Positions 61,851-64,000 of a stretch of 64,000 bases of DNA are shown here, one piece after another. The position numbers and the translations under genes are program-made. Below the pieces are notes generated by a model, which was not told the origin of the DNA, made no database searches, and was given only the letters and a program-made list of their open reading frames with translations. Each line of letters starts with the position of its first letter. Within the stretch, counting starts at the first letter, position 1. Location: the NCBI GenBank assembly GCA_030324005.1, contig JARDVH010000132.1:90445184-90509183 (forward strand). Reading direction: 5' to 3'. Source of the stretch: Negaprion brevirostris. Its lineage: Eukaryota.

Positions 61851-62075
61851 TGTCGTGTATTTGTGTAGGTTCTTATTGGCTTGATGAGCTCTGCTGTATT
61901 GATGTATTCATGATTCACCAGACGTGATGTCATTAGTACCTAGTGCGGGAAACAGGCAGTGAAGAAGCAGCCACATGAGAGAACACACACCTATAAATAA
62001 AGCTCTGTTGTTTTAAACCTTCTGCGCTCCCTAAAGCTACTCTCTAATATACAGTATGAAAACTGGTAATGAGGC
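61851..62075 (+). mobile_element. Probable Gypsy-type LTR followed by a PBS-like motif
   Basis: Starts tgtcgtg, has tataaataaa near the end, followed by actggtaatgagg (PBS-like TGG). Confidence 0.45.
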
Positions 62076-62749
62076 CAATGAATCGTGCTTGCCAGACACC
62101 AGGGAAGACAAATTTACCAACAAAAAAGTCAGAACAGAAAAGTTAGAAAATAAGCTTTTCAGATGTGCTCTGGACCTGACAGGCTAGGTGAACATGAGTA
62201 ATGATACTGTGCAGCAGTATAGAGCTGGATGTGTTAAATAAGAGGCTGAAACTTGGGTTGTTGCCTGGTGTGAAAGACAAATCAAGGTAGCACCCAGAAA
62301 CGTGTGACGAAGTGTGCATATGAGAAACCTCCATTATTAGAAAAACGGTGGGCGTTTTCAACTTTGTGGGTCCCAAGGGGCACTGCCCGCCCCTACCCCC
62401 ATTCACCCAGGGGGCCTCAATGGCCTCTGCTCACATCAGCAAGGCCATTACATCAGGACCCTTTGGTGGGGATCATAAGTGATCCTTGCCAGTGACAGCC
62501 TTCACCAGCAAAACTGTTAATGCAAGTGAGCCCAGCCTATTGCACTTGGGCTCAGTAATCATATTTAAATAAATGTACAAATATTTAAATTATAAATATT
62601 TGAATTCCCTCCCTGATTACACCGGCAGAACAGAACCGGTAACATTGTGAGAGGCGAGAATCTGATCTTTTGCTTCTTGCGCGATCTTACTGACTCATCA
62701 CACCAATTGACCAACACGACTAGCCAGTAAGATCACCCACTTTATTTTA

Positions 62750-64000
62750 TAGTCTATTCACGTTCATTTTACCAAAATGAATCAGTTCATACTTCCCTTC
62801 ATCTAGTACTTGTCCAGTCATCCCATCAACTTCTCTATGTCCTTTTGAAGTTCCTCACAGTTCACAATGCTTCCAAGTTTTGTATCAGTGGTATCCACAG
62901 CACAGTTTCAAATTTCACAAATGTCTAGGTCATTAATATATATCAGGAAGAGCTTCTGCTAAAAACCTTTCTCCATTCTGAAAAAAACTATTAACCATGA
63001 TTCCATATTTCCTGTCACTCAGCCAATTTCTTATCCACACTGCAGCTGTCCTTTTTATTCCAGGAGCTATAACTTGCCCAAAACTCTTGGAACAGTGTAT
63101 CAAATGCCTTTTTGAAGTCTGTTTACACCACATTAATTGCATTATCCTCATTAACCCTCCCTACAAAAAAACTCCAGGAGTTAGTTAAACATGATTTTAC
63201 CTTAAGAAATCATTACTGTGTCCCTTTAACTAGTTTTGCCTGTGACTATTAATTTTGTTGCGAATTATTGCCCTGAATTACGTGCTTTCCCCCCACCCCT
63301 GCAAACTTTGAAGCAGGGAGAAAGTGTGAAATTGGCTGGCCTGAATTCCCTGGAAGTTTTACGGTCAGGTGGGCAGGACCTCAGACGGAAAGCCCGCCCT
63401 TGCCACAATTAGGGCCCATTAATGGCTATGTAATGGCCCACGCCAACCTAAAAAAATTACCCATTGTTTGCAGAAGTTAAACTGACTGGCTAGTAGTTGC
63501 TGGGCTTATCCTGCACCCTTTTTTGTAATTCTCCAGTCCTCTGTCACCACCTCTGAGTTGAATGTAGTCTGGAAAATTATGGCCAGTGCCTCTGCAATTT
63601 CCACTTTCACTTCCCTCATGAGCCTTCTATGTATTACATCCGGACTGGTGCTTTAAGTGCAGACAGCCTATTCAATACCACCTGCTTATCAATTTTGAAT
63701 TTTCTCATCTTTCTCCATGACCTGGGCAGTATCTTCTTACTTGGAAGGACTTAGTAAATTATTAATTTAACACCTCATCTATTCCCTTGTCTCCATGGAT
63801 AAATCTCCTTTTTGGTTCATAATCGGCTCCACTCCTCCTTTTACATCTCACTTACTATTTATATGCCTTTTGGACACTTTGGGGTTTCTTTTTTTATAAG
63901 CTCTAACCAAATAGGTAGTCTTGGACCTATCAGGACATCTTCTCAGTCCAGTAATGCAATGTTGTCCTTAATGCCACCCTTGCCCCTTTTTCTCCTTTCC
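62750..64000 (-). mobile_element. Old CR1 ORF2 fragments interrupted by a MITE (about 63265-63470)
   Basis: Minus strand AAVWIRNWLSDRKYGIMVN, LIYINDLD, EIAEALAIIFQT and FILTKEKGVAL-type remnants. Confidence 0.7.

Larger units (their letters stand above)
60318..62690 (+). repeat. Direct duplication of about 430 bp (60318-60750 and 62258-62690)
   Basis: Both copies start ttgttgcctggtgtgaaagacaaatcaaggtagc and align colinearly at offset 1940; ORFs 60140..60466 and 62143..62406 share MNGGRGGQCPLGPTKLKTPT. Confidence 0.92.
1..64000 (-). other. CREB5: Window lies within the CREB5 gene body (two internal exons; otherwise intronic)
   Basis: Two consecutive CREB5 exons were found on the minus strand. 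The preceding exon (…QAPSTNRQIG) and the following His-rich exon (RLKAALTHH…) were not found, so both flanking introns probably run past the window edges. Confidence 0.85.

Noticed and set aside
60318-62690. Direct repeats as LTRs of a 2.4-kb retroelement
   Set aside because: No PPT/PBS at their edges; the sequence belongs to the MITE-like family and the interior is a mix of unrelated repeats.
1-64000. Prokaryotic-type systems (CRISPR arrays, operons, defence islands)
   Set aside because: Vertebrate intronic DNA; no regularly spaced repeat-spacer array and no dense coding.

Overview
Eukaryotic DNA, almost certainly from a cartilaginous fish (shark-type V-SINE/HE1, CR1, L2, Rex1, Penelope and Harbinger repeat families; species not determinable), with many N gaps at high-copy repeats. 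The whole window appears to lie inside the CREB5 (CRE-BPa, ATF2-family bZIP) gene on the minus strand. Two clear coding exons are present: 55474-55348 (127 nt, PVPGSLSSLLHLHNRQRQPMPGSMPGNLPNSAMPVSSAVLMP) and 34780-34670 (111 nt, MDRQLSMSTNIMGMPGPSLNNPCTPPQVQQMHSEAKM). They are joined in frame across a 20,567-nt intron. The rest is intron filled with decayed transposons (a two-LTR Gypsy relic apparently lacking RT, Harbinger transposase and Myb-like relics plus MITEs, CR1/L2/RTE/Rex1 LINE fragments, Penelope-like elements) and several repeat-free, enhancer-like islands. I cannot support a wholly new biological system. The best leads are: a frame-preserving 96-nt candidate cassette exon (27365-27270); a phase-compatible candidate alternative exon upstream of the 127-nt exon (59780 donor); a Penelope insertion with an inverted duplication of its own flank and a near-intact minimal hammerhead ribozyme; and candidate conserved regulatory elements. 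Repeat family names and homologies come from recognition by eye, not database searches, and repeat boundaries are approximate.
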